In this document: one piece after another, positions 28,998 to 43,000 of the stretch | Layout of the letters: each line of letters opens with the position of its first letter | How positions within the stretch are numbered: the first letter of the stretch is position 1 | Source: Paramecium tetraurelia | Taxonomy: Eukaryota | Assembly: GCA_000165425.1 (NCBI GenBank) | Contig: CT868430.1 | Coordinates: 310,001 to 374,000 of the forward strand | Direction: 5' to 3' | Length of the DNA stretch: 64,000 nt | Made by a program: the position numbers and the translations under genes | The notes under the pieces: generated by a model | Database searches by the model: none | The model's input: the letters and a program-made list of their open reading frames with translations, nothing else | Told to the model about the DNA's origin: nothing

Positions 28998-30835
28998 TCA
29001 ATCGTCCAAATTTGGAAACTATAATACTCCAGGATCTCTCAAAATTGAATCTAATTTGATCTTTTTCACTTGATTGATAATAGGAGTAACATCCCTTGGT
29101 TTCTAATTTTTTGGGTATGTTTGCTTATTATAGAAATCAATGATCTCTTATTTCTTCAGTTATTTTGATTTATTTAAATTACCCATAAGTTTGGCAAATA
29201 AGGATGTTAATTATTATATGAGATCATCACCAGTTGAATTAGTAAATTATTTTTCAAATTAATTTTCATCAAAATTTTATGATTTCTTTAATAATTAGTC
29301 TGCATATTCTGTAATTCTTTGGAGAGGCTTGATATATCTGACCATGTAAAAAACACACAAGATGATATATAAGATGGGTATAGATAAAGCTAATGGAATT
29401 AATTTTTGATTGAAACTATCAACTTTTTTGGAATATGTTCTTTTCTAGAAACCAATTTCTTGTTTGGGCAAGAAAGTTGGTTAAAAGCTAAAAATGTAAA
29501 ACCAAAATTTACATTCCTAAAAAGATTCCTTTATAATTAATATATGCTAATATAAAGCATTAATCTTAAAGTTCTCCATAATAGAGTTCGAAGTATGATG
29601 AAACACTTATTGAGTCAAAATGAAATTTTGAGATGTTCATTTTCTTTAATTTTGAATCTTCTGTGTTAATTGTTTTAATTAGTTCTTAAAATTCCTCTAT
29701 ATTTATCTTATATTCTCTTTCCTCATAATGGAGTATATCATTTTCTGATGAAAGCAAAAATAAAGTGTAATTATACTGATTGTTGATGGCTATTTAATTG
29801 AATAGTAAAAACAACATAATGGGCATTCTTTCACAAAATATCAAACCAATTTAGTTATTATTGTCATCATTTATTGGCAATACTTCCCTTTGCAAAATCG
29901 AACCCAAAATAGGATCATAAGTGTGCTCAATAGGAATATTGGTGAGATACCTTCTACTATTATACATTTTTAATCGATGTTCATTAAATAATTTGACATT
30001 AGTTACATTCAAACCTGGATATTGCATCATGAATCCATCATCAAAAATCCAAAAAAAAGTGGATCCCAGAGTTTAATAATTATAATACATGATGTTATTG
30101 ATGGATAAGTATTTTCTGATTTAATTTTCAGATACCTATTAGTCTTTTAAAAGTGAATAGGTGGCAACATCAAGAGTATATTGATCTATGATGCCTTCTT
30201 TAGAAATTTGTTTTTTAGATGATTTTGGTATTTAATTATCAATACTATACAGAACATCTTTGTACCTTAAAGTTCCCGATTAAATTAAATTTATTGTTAC
30301 ATTCATGAGCTATATTTCATTTTCTCTAGTTTTTATTAAAATTTAAACAAAATCTATCGTGACTTCGCAAATTTATTTTTGTAAAAGTGATGATACATTG
30401 TTATTAGTCCATTATAATACAGTATCAAATAATATATTTTATCCTATTTATTAGACTCCAACAAATAAGGAGAATGACGTAATGGCGATAATTATTTATG
30501 CAATTGTAACCTATATTTTTAGTGGCCATCTGGAAGGTATAGGCAAGAAAAATATTGATCCAATCCTTTCATTTAATAATAAATGGCTATGACCAAATCC
30601 AATATATGCTTTGATTTTTTCAAGACAAGTCTCTTTTATCTAATATAAATGTGATGACTACATCTTTCTTCTTAGTCTCATCCTTGATAACCTGTTATTC
30701 TGGGAATGTAGAACCTTAAGATTCTTTTGGGTTAATTTCTTATTCTTCTTCATTTTGAATTGAATCATCATTAGAATTATCATCTTCTTTAGAGGAATCA
30801 CTTTGAAATTATTCTCGTTCATTTCTTTCAGACAT
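28998..30835 (-). CDS. Two-TM membrane protein with a putative extracellular Cache-like domain and HAMP-like linker
   Basis: Acidic N-terminus, TM1 (WPLKIQVTIAQIIIAITSFSLFVGV), ectodomain with FDDGFMMQYPG, TM2 (LIPLALSIPILYIILCVFYMV) followed by IKPLQRITEYADQL...DDLIQQLTSLFAKL. Confidence 0.6.
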
Positions 30836-31100
30836 TATTGCTTCATCCTAAGCATTTGAAAAGAGCTCAATATTTTACATTAAATTAGAAAATTATAGTA
30901 ATTGTAAGAAAAGTTATTTTAGTAATCTTTTAGGTTCTTTTATTTCATTTAGAATTAACAATAGAAATGTTCAGAAATAAATAAAATGCCAATAGAAGCA
31001 CAATAAAAGTATATAGATATATTTATTTCTTATCCCTTATATTGAAACATGAAAATAAGGAATATAATCATTAAAATTTATGAAGCTGAAATCATATTTA

Positions 31101-31439
31101 TCATTTTTTTTTTTTTTGAATTCCAAATTTTTTAATCCATTCCTATGGGAGATTTAAGACTATTTTTTAGGAGTCATCCATTTCAGATGTGTATTATTTT
31201 ATTTTTTCTTCGAATATTCTAATATCTTCATTTACTAAAGAACAATATTTGGTTTGTTTGGATGAATTCTTTGAATCAGAGATTTATTTTGATTTTTCAA
31301 CTTCTGATTTTGGTTGAGATTCATTGTTTTTTGGTTTTTACTTTTTCTTTTTTTTTGTTTCTTTTATTGTTGGACTATTAGCCGAAGTTGAATGTGTAGA
31401 ACTCACAAGTCTAAAATTGGTGTCACTATTAATAAACAT
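31101..31439 (-). CDS. Small basic hypothetical protein (start uncertain)
   Basis: MFINSDTNFRLVSSTHSTSANSP...LNLPQEWIKKFGIQKKKK*, open in the ciliate code. Confidence 0.5.
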
Positions 31440-31920
31440 TTTGGAATGCTAAATTGAGAACCAATATTACATTTGAACAATCAGTATTTATTTCAAGGAT
31501 TTATTTGAAAGAATTCTTATCAATATTCTTACATGAGATCTAAGACATTAATCGAATTATTTAATTATCATTATCACTACTATCACTAAAATCATAACAA
31601 CCTTGAAATTTACAGATAACGTTTTGTTTGTCATTGCCTATCCATGAAATATACAATAATTACAAGCTTAAAAAACTACATTATCGTCTTTTATTGATAT
31701 AATTAAGTCTTTTGATGTATTTTTGCAAATGCATTTCATTTTATTAATAATAATTATTATTTAAAACTACTCAAATTTTGACAACATTTTAAAAGTTCTT
31801 AGATTAATAACTAACATATCTTACATTCCAATAGTGAAATATGAAACTATGAAATATGAAAATAAATTGAAAGTTAATTATTAATTTTTTAGTTTAATAT
31901 TAAATTTTACTCATTTCAAA

Positions 31921-33086
31921 ATGGGCAATGCCTGTACATGCTAATGTTAAACTAAACCAAATGACGAAAATGAACTCAATACAAATTAAAAACAATAAAG
32001 TTAATCAAAACTAACAGCTAAACCTGATAATGCTTAAAATTAAGACCCTGATGTATTAAAAGGAATAAACTATTAGGGTAAAGAAAAGATCAGCAACCAA
32101 TTAAAGGATGAAGATGTAGCTCAAATGGCAGGGGCTCGAAACAATTCTATTGAGGATAGTTCTTCCCCAAAACTTATGAAAAGAGAAAATGGTAATATGT
32201 GTTGAGAAGTTTAGATGATAACAAACCTGAAGAACAATATATCGCATAAGTTTAAGCAACGAAAAATAAAACAACAAGAACTAAACTGGGAGCTATTGAA
32301 ATGAAAAATGGAGGTGTCTATGAGGGGGAATGGAAAAATGCAACGAGAGATGGTTCAGGAAAATATGTGTGGCCAGATAGAAGTTTTTACGAAGGGGAAT
32401 GGGTGGAAGATAAAGCAAATGGATTTGGAAAATTAGGTAACTCCTTATAATACTTATTCAGTTCATGTTGATGGGGATATTTATGAAGGGTAGTGGTTAG
32501 ATGATATGGCAAATGGCCGAGGCGTTTATATTCATAGTGGTATGCTTTATAAATACATTCAAGGAGGTGCTAGATATGACGGAGAATGGAAGAATGATTT
32601 GTAACATGGATAAGGAGTGGAAGTATGGCCAGATGGAGCCAAATACGAAGTAAACCTTTAATTTTGGATATATATTAGGGTAGATATGAAAATGGTAAAA
32701 AGCATGGACAAGGAACTTTGACCTTTGCTGATGGCAGTTATTATAAAGGAGATTTTGTTGAAAATGATATAACTGGATATGGAGAGTATTATTGGAAAGA
32801 CGGTAAGTCATATAAAGGACAATGGAATAATAGTAAAATGAATGGAAAAGGAGTGACTTAATGGGCTGATGGCAAGAAATATGAAGGAGACTATAAGGAT
32901 GATAAGAAACATGGATTTGGCATATTCTAATGGGAAAATGGTAGAAAATATGAAGGGTATTGGATTAATGGAAAATAACATGGAAAAGGTATGATTACAC
33001 TTCCAAATGGAGAAAAAAAAGAAGGTATATGGGAATATGGAAAAAGAATTAAGTGGTTAAATGCTGATGAATCACCAAATGGATGA
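31921..33086 (+). CDS. MORN-repeat protein with predicted N-myristoylation/palmitoylation (MGNACTC)
   Basis: Repeated YEGEWxxxxxxGxGxxxWPDG units; short introns; TGA 33084-33086. Confidence 0.92.
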
Positions 33087-33928
33087 TTTATAAATTCTTT
33101 TATTAAATCATATCTACTTAATGTTAAAAATATCATATGAAATGCTGTTTGCATCACTGTTAATTTAATTCAAATGATAAAATAAACTATCTTATTAATT
33201 TTCAACAAAAGTTTTAAATTGTTGACTAATCAATTAATTATTCTAAGATAAAGGTTTATAAAAAGAGTATCTATCGTAAACATTATCTTAAGTTCTATAT
33301 CGAAATTTGAAGAAGAAAACCAAACAGCTTTAATAAATTTAACATATTCATATTATAATAGATTATTATTTTTTTTTAATTTGATCCGATCTCGTTCATT
33401 AGCAATTATTTAATATTTTACATACATATCCATAAATAAACAAATGAGATGTTTTTATATCAGCAATAATTAGATGAATCGAGAACTAAAATTTAGCTTT
33501 GAAATGTTAAAAAACCCCTAGATAAATTAAAATTCATATTTAAATATGAAGAACTGCTCAAATAAATATCAAATAGCCGTCCAAAACCTACTAATTGATG
33601 CTATTCTATCATTGTTATGGATTACCCATAAATAAAAACTTTTTAAGTCTTAGTAAAAATAGCTGTTTATATATTTTAAATACTGGTAGAATTTTATTAC
33701 TATACGGATATATTAATTTAATAGATGATTGGAGTATGTCAAAATTAAATCATTAATATTGAATAGTTTTAATTAATTTAATTATAGATTTTATCAATTT
33801 TATATATGTGATTTAGCGAATAGAGATAAATTTTGCTCCCATAATGATACTATTTTTTCTTTCAAGAGAATCGAAAAAGTGCTCATTTTCTATATGTTAA
33901 AGAATTATATACCTTGATCATAACTGAT

Positions 33929-35017
33929 TCATTTTCCACCTAAGGATAAAGCTATTCTGCTAACTAAAAAAATGTGTGTAGAGGAATGGTTAATGTTTCT
34001 TTCCAATATTAGCTAAGAAAGCACTTTGCTTTACACAAAAAATGGCTAAATGATACCTGAATTAAGAATTATAGATACTTTGCCTATTCTTGAGTGTTAA
34101 TTTAGATTCTTATCAAAGTGAGATTATTTTGTTAACATCCAAATTTATATTGCTTTCTTATAAAAGAGCACTGCAGGTTAAATAAATCTAACCTTTTCAA
34201 TTGTTTTCATATCGAAATCTGATTAGACTGTGGTTTCAATGATAATTACTACGAATTATCCCGCAATTTGCCATTATTATTCTTGAGAATTAAATGTAAT
34301 CAATTCTTAAAAAAAATTTTCGCTCATTTTTTCCATTTGCTTAGAAAACTTTCTCATTTTATTAGATAGAACGATCGCTGTTATTTCTTTAGTATCGGTC
34401 TTGCTTCTGCTGATCTCTTTTTGATAGGAATTTTGAGAATTTTAAGAAGATGTCAAAGTTGAATTTTTGCTATCGTCATCGATGTTTAATTCATCAATTC
34501 TTTTAATAAGACATAAATGCTCAAGTGGGCACTTTTCTCGAAAGACGAAGAGTGGCTTTATGCAGTTCTTATTATAATTCAACTAGTATTCCCAAGTATT
34601 GGTTTAAACGAGTTCTTTTTATATAAAAGTCATCTCCTAAGAAAATATGTCAATTAGTCGATGAAATTTTTCCATTTCTATGTTAAGTTTACTCATTCTA
34701 TTTAATAACTGTTATTTCAGGTCTTATAACTCCTTTGATAACCAACTGTATACAAAAATGTCTAAAATGAAGTTTGAAGTCACAAACTTCTACTGGTTAT
34801 CAATGGTTAAATAAGCAGTTGTTTTAGCCATTATAAACCACACTTTAGGTAGTTAAGATAGTAAAAGCTTTTTAATTTTTGAACATACGATTAGGTCATC
34901 AATAATGTCATTTGGTAATGGTTTTGCTACTGAATAATAATAAATATTTTGTCCTTCCATATCAAAAGTAAATGACTATCGTCTGTTGCTGTCTTATTTC
35001 TATAGATAACTTTACAT
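33929..35017 (-). CDS. Hypothetical protein
   Basis: Open ~1 kb frame from ATG 35017 (MQSYLQKQDSNRRQSFTFDMEG...), one inferred intron near 34060-34080. Confidence 0.6.
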
Positions 35018-35316
35018 AGTAAAAGTAGCTACTGAATAAAGTTTATTTTTATTAAGAATAAATGGTGTAATTAATAAGTGGTTTAAGATTAAAAATAAAA
35101 TCCTTACCAACAACTCTAGAACTAACTAATATATCTATATATTATTTTGAAAATGACGATTTATTTTCATTTTATGAAAGTGAGAATTACAAATGGAAAT
35201 CAACATTATTTGATTTAAATGAATAATAAGGTAAACTAGAAAAAAGACTAAGAAAATAATTTAAATTTATGTTTTCTGCTTACAATATTAATCTAAATAA
35301 AAACATAAAATTATAT

Positions 35317-37909
35317 TCATTTAAAGCATAAATATTAATTAATGATTAAGAGCTTAAGATTAGTATTTTAAAATTATTTGATTTCTAAAGGAGTAGTGTG
35401 GCTACTTCTTAAATGCAATGAAACCTATCGTTTAATTTTATTCTGTTTAAATTCAAATGAACTTTACTTCTTTTGTAGAAATTTTTCTAACTAGGAACGA
35501 GATGTTGATCTTTTAATCCTAAATTAATATAGATGTCAAAATACTTACAATAATTATTTCTACGTTTGAATGTCTAGAAGTCTTTTACCTCTCACACTTT
35601 TTTTGGTTAACAAATTATAAGATGAATGAGAACTCGAAGAATCTTCAGAAAATATGATATGCTAGATGTCGGATGAAAAAATCTTCTGAGCATCAAATGA
35701 CAATTTAGATTATCGTGGAGGAGCAATCTACAACTATTTTTATCTTCTGCTATTCATCCAATTTTATCTGAATCTATTTGCTATTTATTCTTTTTCTTCT
35801 CTCATTTCTTATAATTTTTATTCAGAATATTTATTTATTTCAGAAATTATTTTAGTTGGATTAAATTCAGTGTAGAATTCTGAATAATCTCGATGTCTAT
35901 CAAGACAAAAATTATTATCATCAATCTGTGTTGATAACTTTGAATAATCAACAGCTGATTCATCAAGATTTTCAATTTATTATGAAGTTTTTACAATTTA
36001 TTTCAATTATTAAAATCTGTATCTAAAAACAGCATCTGATTTTGAATAGATAATTTAAGATGATGATATTAAGGATTTTCCATTTCTTCTCTTAAATTCT
36101 TTTATTCTGGTATTCTTTTACTTCAAATACTCTTCTATTACTTTCAACCTTCTAACTCTAAAATGCATAATAGTGCAATTCCTTGCAATATGATGTGGCC
36201 TATCACAAATGTAACATCTCAATCGCAATGGCTTTAATGAATTCTCAACATCCACACAATTCTTTATATAGAAAAGCTTTTCCAAATCTGAATTTAAATC
36301 CTGAGCTTGTTCCCACAAATCTTTTCTACTTAAACTCATCAAATTAACAAAATCAAGTGTTTTTGCACTTGCTGTCCTAGGACTTTTACTAAAAAAACTT
36401 ATCTCCCCAAAGTAATCTCCTTTATTTAATAGTTTTAGTGAAAACTCTCTTCTTGTTAGACAAATATCCACTTAACCATTTTAAATGAAGTATAATAAAT
36501 TACTGTCCACTTAATTTTCTTTGAAAACATATTCTTCTGGTCCTAAAAGATGTTCTTTTAAAACATAAATTAGTTTGTTTGTCAATTAAGAGGAAAATTC
36601 TCTGCTGATCAAATTAACTTATTTTAAAATTCTGCCATGTAATAAAGTCAATACTTCTGTGTGCAGATTTGATGATAAGTTATTTAAAATGACCATTTAT
36701 GAGTTTTTGGCTACTTAAGCAGATCCTTCTAGCCATTCTAAATAATTCTTAACTCTAATTTATAATGTTTTTGGTATGTTTTTCTATTTAATATATCTAA
36801 CTGAATTATTGAAGTATTTACTTAACTATTTTTTAATTTTATTCTTTTATCTCAGCAATGTTCTAATCCTCTCCTTGTATAATGAAATTCAAACTAGACA
36901 TACTGAATCCAAAAACTCCTGATGAAAGAACCATCACAATAATCCCAAAAATCATTTCTAAATTTGTGTTTGGACTGATATCACCATAACCCACTGTTAT
37001 CATTGTAGTTATACTGAAGTAGAAGGCTGTTATATATTTAACTTCCCAAGGAGCGTCATGGATACCATATTGTGTCATCCATGTTAGTTCTACTTACTCA
37101 TCCACAAATTCAATTATATTCCAAATACATGCTATCCAATGTGCTATACATAAAATCATAGCTGTTATTTTGAGGAATTGTATTATAGCCTAGAGAGTTT
37201 ATTCTATTGAGAATGTTTCTAGAATCTATTATTATCCTTTATATACCTTCTATTTTTATCAAAATTCTTCCCAATTTCAAGACTCTTAATAGGCGTATAA
37301 TCTTCACAAATTTAAACAATCTCACAAATTTTAATATTTGTGTTGATTAATTACTATCAGTTCCTATCATTAAATCGAAAGGAAGAACTGCTATCGCATC
37401 TATCCAAAACCACAATTTTAGATAATTTAATGCTATATATTTTAAGCGATACTCCAATTTTCCACTTATAATATAAGATTTTTGGTTACTTTTCATAATA
37501 TGCCAATCGAAAATTAAGCAGCATATCTACAACAAAAAATATATCCATTATATCATTAATGATCTCCATCTCAAAGGAGCTATCAATTGAAAATGATAAT
37601 GCCATTGGAATGTATATCATTTATACAAAAATAAATAACATGCTTATTGATTCCCAAATTATTCTAAAGGTAGAGGTCGGATTAGATACTTCCATAATTG
37701 TTTTTATGAATATTGAAAAAACTTCAGTCTTAGGCAATTATTATTATTCTTCCTGTTCTCTTTATTTCAAAAAATATAAATAATCTCTTGCCTCTTTATT
37801 AGTTTCACATATGACACTGATTAATTTCCTTTAGTTTAATCGATCATTTGAGTCATAGTCTTAAGCTTTATCTATGCAAAATTAAATAAGCATTACCTAT
37901 CAATTTCAT
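35317..37909 (-). CDS. Cyclic-nucleotide-binding-domain (EAG/HCN-like) K+ channel with a C-terminal CCHC knuckle
   Basis: S4 ILKFVRLFKFVKIIRLLRVLKLGRI, HWIACIW, pore YFSITTMITVGYGDISP, CNBD GDYFGEISFFSKSPRTASA, CYICDRPHHIARNC. Confidence 0.92.
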
Positions 37910-40064
37910 AAATTAACTATAAGAATTAATAAAAAATTATTGAATTTATTTTTATATCGATAGCATAAGCATAATAAATTAATACAATAGCCTATACCTA
38001 CCAAATATATTTAACCATTTATATTTGGATTCATTATGAATTATGAATTTATTATGGTTGAATTTGGAAACTAACCCTCTCTCTCTTACTATCAAATATT
38101 CATTTTAACAATAAAGACATTATTTGGATATTTCATTAAGGAATTACCTTTTAGTATAAGAGAGGATATCAATTTGTGCCCTATAATTACTTATATTATT
38201 TAATTGTGTTTGCAAACTAAATTGAAAAATATTATGATTAAACAAATATGCTATCAAGAAGTAACACCTTTTTATTATGTAAAAATATGTAAACTGACAT
38301 TGATATTATGTTGTTATCAATAGGTAAAAGAAAGCATTAATTTATTCTCATAGCAATAAAATATATACTAGTTTAATATTTAAACGCCCCCAAATATTGA
38401 GTTGAATTTATTTTTAATAAATTGAGTTTTAGTAAATTTTTGAAATTAATTATACAGAAATTTGATTAATATTTTTAAGTTAAAGATCTGTTTAAAATCA
38501 AGATTTAAATAGCAATGAAAGAGTAACAAAATTATAATCATAAGAAAATAAAAAGATATTTATTATTTATAAATATTTAGAAGGATTGATTAAAATTTAT
38601 AACAGCTGAATTCTCATTATTTATCCATTTTAATTTTCAATAAAAAAATATGATTAAATCAGCAAGCAAGGCAGGATATCCACTTTATTAAAAATCTCCT
38701 TTTTTTAGTAAATTATCCAAATAAATACAGAGGTCTTTCATTTGCTTTTTTAGCTTTTACAATTCTAAAATTTAATGACCCTTTATAAAGTCTATCTCTA
38801 CAAGTGAACTTAAAAGAATTATATTTAAAAGAGATACTAATAATTTAAAAAAATTCCAATTGACCTTAAAGTGAACAAAAGGTATATAGATTTGACTCAA
38901 ACTCTATTTTTGTCGCAAATATCAATATTATTTAAGATGATAGATTCTCCTAAATTTGAAAGGGTAACTTACTTTCAAATTTAAGTGAAATTATTTTATT
39001 ATTATTATTAATATATGGTTAATCGTAATAAGATTATTAATTTAATAATCAAAACATACCAAATTCATTGAACAAATATATTTCAACTAAATCTTTGCTG
39101 TTTTTTAATTATCAAATTCTAATAGCTTTATGATCAATAGTTTTCAAAAAATAAACTCTTAAAAAATAATTTAGATCTAATGAGGTATATTATATTTTTA
39201 GATTAATTAGTCTTAAATGCGCAATTCTAATTGAACCCTCACTCTTTGAGCAAATAAAGATAATTGAAAATTTTTTATGCTATTATTATTATGAAAAAAT
39301 TTTTCTTCAATTTAGTTATCAACTTTTTAATCCATTAAGGGATTGTATATATTTTCTTTATATAAAATTTATATTGAAGGATATTCTAATTTTGCAAATA
39401 GAATCTCCATTATGAATTTACATATTATCTAAACTTTTATTTTTTTAAAGCAATTGCCTTCATTTATAAAGAGGTTCTGCTGCTTATTTTTGCCTCTTTT
39501 GTCTTTATAGGATCCTTTACATTCTATCTTAGCTTTATTAACTCATTGTTGCATGCTACCATGATGCATTATAAAGAAATGTGCGATTAAAATATTTGTC
39601 TTATTTAAGGATTCTCATACAAGATTAAATAGGATAAATATTTAAGACCGATACATTGAGAAGTAACTTAAAATCTTTTTTTTGTCTAGGCACAGCTTTT
39701 ATCAACTGGCGATGAAATTAGGAGAAAAGTAAAAATCATATCGTAAGCTTTTAAAATTCAAGCAACTTCATCTTAATTAGAATCTAAATTAAATACACTC
39801 TAATTTAAAAATAAATTATGAACCTTCTTTAAAATATGAATATATACTTTAGCCATCTCATATGGAAGTAGAAAAAGAATATTACACTAATTTAATTCTT
39901 CTTTTATCCATTTGCTTATCAATTAACACTTGTGAAGTTTAATGATATATATGTTTTCTAAAAACATTTATAAAAAAAGATGAATTGAATACCAGAAAAT
40001 ATCATTATAGATGAAAAAATTGTATTAAGACAGTTTTTGATCCTATTTAATATACATTTATTTA

Positions 40065-43000
40065 ATGAAGTTATTTACTTGTTAAGACACTGCGCACAAA
40101 GGAGAAGCTATAAAAGGATTTTGTTTAAATTTGGGATGCCAAGAATCAAGACCTGAGTTCTGTCAATAATGCGGATGTGACTCTAAAAAGCATTTGAATT
40201 GCAAGAAAGACTTAAAAGAATTTGGTGAGATCTAAAGTTTTATAACAAAATTCAATCAGAGTATCCATGAATTAACAAACTAATTGAACCAATCATTTAC
40301 ATAAGTCAAAATAAAATATCAAGAATATTTAAAATACATGGAGGATATGAAAATATCAATAGTTAAGATTTCTGAATGTTTAAGTCAAAAGGATTATAAA
40401 TAAATGGAAAACAGTTTATAGGTGATTAAGGAATGGCATCAATATATAAACAATTAAAAGGAGTTTATAAAGGAGGATTTTATTAGTATTTTTTTTTAAG
40501 TAATATTTGTAGGTTCATAATTAGCTAGTATGAAGAAATTTATCCAGGCTATGGAATTTGATAAAGAATAATAATAATTTTCAGATATTCACTATGATTA
40601 TGAAAATTCACTTTAGTAAGGTATTCGAGTGTTAAAATGAAATTAGGAATACAATTACTAAATTAGTAGAAATGGCAGGAGGCTAATGAAAAAATTACTT
40701 AGTACATAAAATTATCAGCGAAACAATAAACATTGGCAACACTTTTTTAAAGTATTTCGATGATTATTTATATAATTAGTTATAAAAAAAATCGAAATGA
40801 ATTAACTTGGATAGGCAATAATTATGAGAAATTAGGCCGAAAAAATTAATAATAACTTTTATAGAGATCTACTAGACTATTCAAATGAAGAATTAATGAA
40901 AACCCCAAATAATATGGTTATGTTAATTGCATAAAGTTATTATAATATACAAATTAAATAGGTTATGCTTTATGTGAGTTAAAGTAATTTAAATAGGCTA
41001 TTGAGCAATGCGAAAAGGTTTTGATATAGGAATCTTAACATCTTCACGCTTTGAATAGAAAAAGTAATGAATGGTATAACATAAACAGGCGTTGCTTTAT
41101 AAAATTTGAGTGAACATTTAGATGCGATTTAATGTATTGATGTAGCTCTTTAAAAGAATCCAGAGTATTCTGTTGGTTATTTTAGAAAAGGTAATTTAAT
41201 GGTAAAATTTTAAGGATATTCCCTATGGTAATAGGGAAAAAATTAGGATGCAATTTTTATATTTGACAAAGCAATGCAAATAGATCCAAGTTATGCATCA
41301 ACCTATAATTATAAAGGTATGATTTCTCTAATTTGTAATAGGTAATGCCTTAAACGATCTTAAATAATACAATGAAGCTATTGTTTGTTATGATAAAGCA
41401 ATCTAAATATATCCAAATGACGAAGTAGCTTATTTTAAGAAAGGTATGAAATCTAGAATTTGTAATAGGTAATGCCTTAAGCGATCTTAAATAATACAAT
41501 GAAGCCATCGTTTGTTATGATAAAGCAATCTAACTAGATCCAAATGATGCATCCTTCTATAATAATAAAGGTATGAAATCTCTAATTTATAATAGGTAAT
41601 GCCTTAAGCGATCTTAAATAATACAATGAAGCTATTGTTTGTTATGATAAAGCAATCTAACTAGATCCAAATGACGAAGTAAATTATTTTAATAAAGGTA
41701 TGAAATCTCTAATTTGTAATAGGTAATGCCTTAAATAATCTTAAATAATACAATGAAGCCATTGTTTGCTATGATAAGGCTATTCAATTTAATAAAAATT
41801 ATTCAGTTGCCCATTTTTCTAAAGGTATGAAATCTCTTATATGTAATAGGTTATGCCTTACATAATCTTAAATAATACGATGAGGCCATTGTTTGCTATA
41901 ACAATGCAATCAAAATAGATCCAAATTATACATCAGCCTATTTTAATAAAGGTATGAAATCTCTTATTTTTAATAGGTACTACATTACACAATTTTAAAT
42001 AATACAAGGAGGCCATTGTTTGCTATAGTAATGCAATCGAATTAGATCCAAGTGATGCATCAGTCTATACTCATAAAGGTATGATATCTCTAATTTGTAA
42101 TAGGTAATGCCTTAAGCGATCTTAAATAATACAATGAAGCCATTGTTTGTTATGATAAAGCAATCTAACTAGATCCAAATGATGAAGTCGCTTATTTTAA
42201 GAAAGGTATGAAATCTAGAATTTGTAATAGGTAATGCCTTAAGCGATCTTAAATAATACAATATAGCCATTGTTTTTTATGATAAAGCAATCTAACTAGA
42301 TCCAAATGACGAAGTAGCTTATTATAAGAAAGGTATGAAATCTCTAATTTGTAATAGGCAGTGCTTTAAACGATCTTAAATAATACAAAGAAGCCATCTT
42401 TTGTTATGATAAAGCAATCTAATTAAATCCAAATTGCTAAGTAGCTTATTTTAATAAAGGTATGAAATTTTGTTTTTGTAATAGGTAATACCTTACAAGA
42501 TCTTCAATAATACAATGAATCCATTGCTTGCTATGATAAAGCAATCGAAATAGATCCAAATCAGGCTGAGTTCTATTTGTAAAAAGGTATAAATCTTTTT
42601 AATTTTACTAGGTAAGGTCTTACATGATCTTAAAAATTATAAGGATGCACTTGAATGCTATGACAAAGGAATCAAATTAGATTCAAGTTAAACATTAATC
42701 TATAATTATAAAGGTTTGAACCCTCTTAATCTTATTAGGTAGGACATTACATAATCTGAAGTCATACAATGAGGCAATATTTTATTATAATAATGCAATC
42801 AAACTTGATCGAAATTACGCAATGGCCTATAATAATAAAGGTATGAAATCTCTAACTTTTTATTAGGTAGGGCCTTACATGATCTTAAATAATACAATGA
42901 GGCCATTATTTCTTATGATGAAGCAATCAAAAAAGACCCAAGTCTTGCAATAGCGTTTAATAATAAAGGTCGGAATTCTATGAGTATTATTAGGCAGAGC

